Positions 29,712 through 32,000 of a DNA stretch of 32,000 nt are shown in pieces. A model generated the notes under the pieces. That model saw only the letters and a program-made list of their open reading frames with translations. It did not search any database and was not told the DNA's origin. A program made the translations under genes and the position numbers. Each line of letters starts with the position of its first letter. Positions within the stretch are counted from its first letter, which is position 1. The stretch is from Methanococcus maripaludis. Its GTDB lineage: Archaea > AGJL01 > Methanococci > Methanococcales > Methanococcaceae. The stretch covers positions 300,001 through 332,000 of the forward strand of contig NZ_CP026606.1 of assembly GCF_002945325.1 (NCBI RefSeq), in the 5' to 3' direction.

Positions 29712-31949
29712 TTATTCGACTGTTATTTTATAGATTATTGTATTTATAGAACCTTCAACCCCTTCCCATGAGCGGTAGTAATCAAATGTTAGCTCTACTT
29801 CGCCTGATTCAGTTGCATTAAAAGTCCATTCGTGAACTCCACCTGCACCAACGATTCCATCATCTGTTTCATCTTCAATGTATTCGTCAGACAATAATTC
29901 TATTTTATCATCATCACTTATCGAATAATTCCAAGTGTAGCCAGTTGTAGGGTTTTCATCAAGTTTTATCGATATATTTTCCCCAATAGCAACTTTTTCA
30001 TTGATAGTTTCTATTTCAACGTCTGTAAAATCTTCCACTGGTTCAATATATGGTTCAAGGTATGGATATTCATATTTTGGTAAATTAATCGTTTTTACAG
30101 TTTTCCAAGTATTTTCATCAATTACGTGTATTTCATAGTTTGAAAACGTGTAGAGATAGTCTCCAATATACAAAGACCTTAAAACGCTGTAGTCTTTGAA
30201 AACGTCATCTTTAACCATTTTAATTCCACTTTCTTTAACTTCGAAAGCGTATGCGTGGCTTCCTGCGGGAAGTACGAGTATTTCTTTTTCAGCATCCCAC
30301 AAAAATGCATGGTGTTCGTAAAGGGCAACTGACCAGTACTCGTTTAATGAATATTTTGAAAGTTCTTTTGGATTTTCAAGATCAGTTGCATCGAATAATG
30401 AAATTTTTACCATATTTGAATCGTCTTTTCCAATCCCAATTAATTTATTATTTCCAATTGGATGTAAATAAGTAGAATATCCAGGAATTTTCAGTTCCCC
30501 TAGTAACTCCGGATTTTTTGGATCGTCTAAATCAATTACAAGTAACGGATCCGTCTCTTTATATGTTACAACATATGCTTTATCCCCCATAAATCTTGCA
30601 GAGTATATTCTTTCTCCTTCTTCAAGACCAGTCACTTTTCCAATAACATCCATATTTTCATCGAATACGTAGATGTTATTTGTTTGAATATCTCTAAATC
30701 TCCAGTCATTTCCAATTGTTGTTGCAATTCTTAAATTTCCTTCGTATTCGTCCATTGAAAAGCTGTTTAAAATGGTTCCAGGAACTTTTCCACTTGTTAC
30801 TTTGAAGTCATCGAGACTTATTTTTGCAATACCTGTTCCTTCAAGTTCTTCCCAGTGTTCTTTCAAATAAATTTCATAATCATTTTCAATTTCATTTTCT
30901 AAATTATTTATTTCTTCTGAGGATAGTGTTTTTATGTAATCTTCGAGAATTTCAGTCATCTGTACGTATTTTGCACTGTCTCCAAAATCAGTATTTGAAA
31001 ATACTCGATCAAGTTTGTCTGTAACTTCTTTTGGGAAATATTTATCAGCATTTTCCGCCACAAACTTCATCATCAGTTTATCTTCATCGTAATCCAGTTC
31101 ATAAGCAAAATAAATATTTTCTTCTGAAACATATATTGTATTACTGTATGAACCAACCAGTGCAGCCGTATTTTCAATTTCTCCGCTTTCAACGTTTATT
31201 GATGAAATAATATACGTTGTTTCAAAGTTTTGGCGAATAATTTCGGGAATTACTGGAAGATAAATATCATCGTATCCTATTTTAACGTTATTCCAGATTA
31301 TTGGCCCGGTTATTCCATATTCCTGAATTATTATGTATAATTCACCATCAATTAATCTTGAATCAACATATGACCCGTTTAAATCTTTTGCCCAGACCAA
31401 TTCAGGCGTTTTTGGATTTGAAATATTGTAATTTTTAATTCCATCATAAGTAATTACGACTAAATTATCCCCTTCAAGGTAAAGATTGCCACCATCAGTG
31501 ATATTTCCAATTACCTGAGCAGTTTCAGGAGGTAATGCATCAATTACGTAAGTACTCTGCCCACCATAATAATTAACCCATGCTGGACTTTGCGTCGTGT
31601 AAAATATATATTTTCCATTTGTTTTTACAATATCAGCTTCATCAACGCCCACTACCTGAACATTTGTCTCGGAATACCTCGCATCGGAATACCCAGAATC
31701 CCTTAAACTGTCTTCATTGGCAGTCGCATAAGTTATATCCTCTTTTACTGCAATATTACTGCTACCATAATAATAGCCTGAATCAGATGCCAGTTTTAAA
31801 AAATTATTAAAATTTCCCTCTGAATCTGCGGGAACCATATCAAAGTCTCCAGTATAACTTATTCCAGAATCGTTTTCCGGGTTATAAGTTAAAAAAACTG
31901 CAGAAGTTACTAAAATTAGCCCTAAAATAATAATTATATTGCGATTCAT
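29712..31949 (-). CDS. Secreted/membrane-anchored beta-propeller domain protein with C-terminal chagasin-like (I42) domain
   Basis: ORF 29712..31979, ATG 31949; N-terminal MNRNIIIILGLILVTSA signal/TM; VQVVGVDEADIVKTNGKYIF; C-terminal NPTTGYTW, GAGGVHEWTF, YYRSW motifs. Confidence 0.85.
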   Translation of the reverse strand: MNRNIIIILGLILVTSAVFLTYNPENDSGISYTGDFDMVPADSEGNFNNFLKLASDSGYYYGSSNIAVKEDITYATANEDSLRDSGYSDARYSETNVQVVGVDEADIVKTNGKYIFYTTQSPAWVNYYGGQSTYVIDALPPETAQVIGNITDGGNLYLEGDNLVVITYDGIKNYNISNPKTPELVWAKDLNGSYVDSRLIDGELYIIIQEYGITGPIIWNNVKIGYDDIYLPVIPEIIRQNFETTYIISSINVESGEIENTAALVGSYSNTIYVSEENIYFAYELDYDEDKLMMKFVAENADKYFPKEVTDKLDRVFSNTDFGDSAKYVQMTEILEDYIKTLSSEEINNLENEIENDYEIYLKEHWEELEGTGIAKISLDDFKVTSGKVPGTILNSFSMDEYEGNLRIATTIGNDWRFRDIQTNNIYVFDENMDVIGKVTGLEEGERIYSARFMGDKAYVVTYKETDPLLVIDLDDPKNPELLGELKIPGYSTYLHPIGNNKLIGIGKDDSNMVKISLFDATDLENPKELSKYSLNEYWSVALYEHHAFLWDAEKEILVLPAGSHAYAFEVKESGIKMVKDDVFKDYSVLRSLYIGDYLYTFSNYEIHVIDENTWKTVKTINLPKYEYPYLEPYIEPVEDFTDVEIETINEKVAIGENISIKLDENPTTGYTWNYSISDDDKIELLSDEYIEDETDDGIVGAGGVHEWTFNATESGEVELTFDYYRSWEGVEGSINTIIYKITVE

Positions 31950-32000
31950 AAAATCACCATTTATATTAATAATAAACAATGTGTATTAACACTTAAAAAT

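Overview
The window looks like a Methanococcus-type (M. maripaludis-like) euryarchaeal chromosome: AT-rich, GGTGA-type ribosome binding sites, and archaeal ribosomal proteins with methanogenesis marker proteins. Most of it is compact core genome: S3Ae, a Zn-finger protein, S2, Na/Pi cotransporter, UPF0305, VIT/CCC1-like, SulP, Pcc1 and PP-loop genes, apt, U32 peptidase, nifB, ACT protein, marker 17, ThiS/MoaD-like, ilvC, BASS transporter, ilvN/ilvB, NodU-like carbamoyltransferase, rtcA, archease, malate dehydrogenase, CDF transporter, DUF354, marker 12, L7Ae/S28e/L24e and a secreted beta-propeller protein. The most interesting accessory locus is 16.5-18.7 kb. It has a long intergenic region with an unusual hairpin, then a two-gene operon: a coiled-coil DUF4041 + GIY-YIG (T5orf172/MUG113-like) nuclease and a zinc-ribbon multi-TM protein 18 nt downstream. 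This resembles bacterial phage-defence nucleases acting at the membrane and is a candidate archaeal defence module. Other points of interest are an orphan HsdR_N-like protein, a chagasin-like (I42) domain at the end of a beta-propeller protein, a structured L7Ae leader, and a carbamoyltransferase-RtcA-archease gene string. No CRISPR array, tRNA/rRNA gene or transposon was found. All family calls come from reading the translations; no database search was run.
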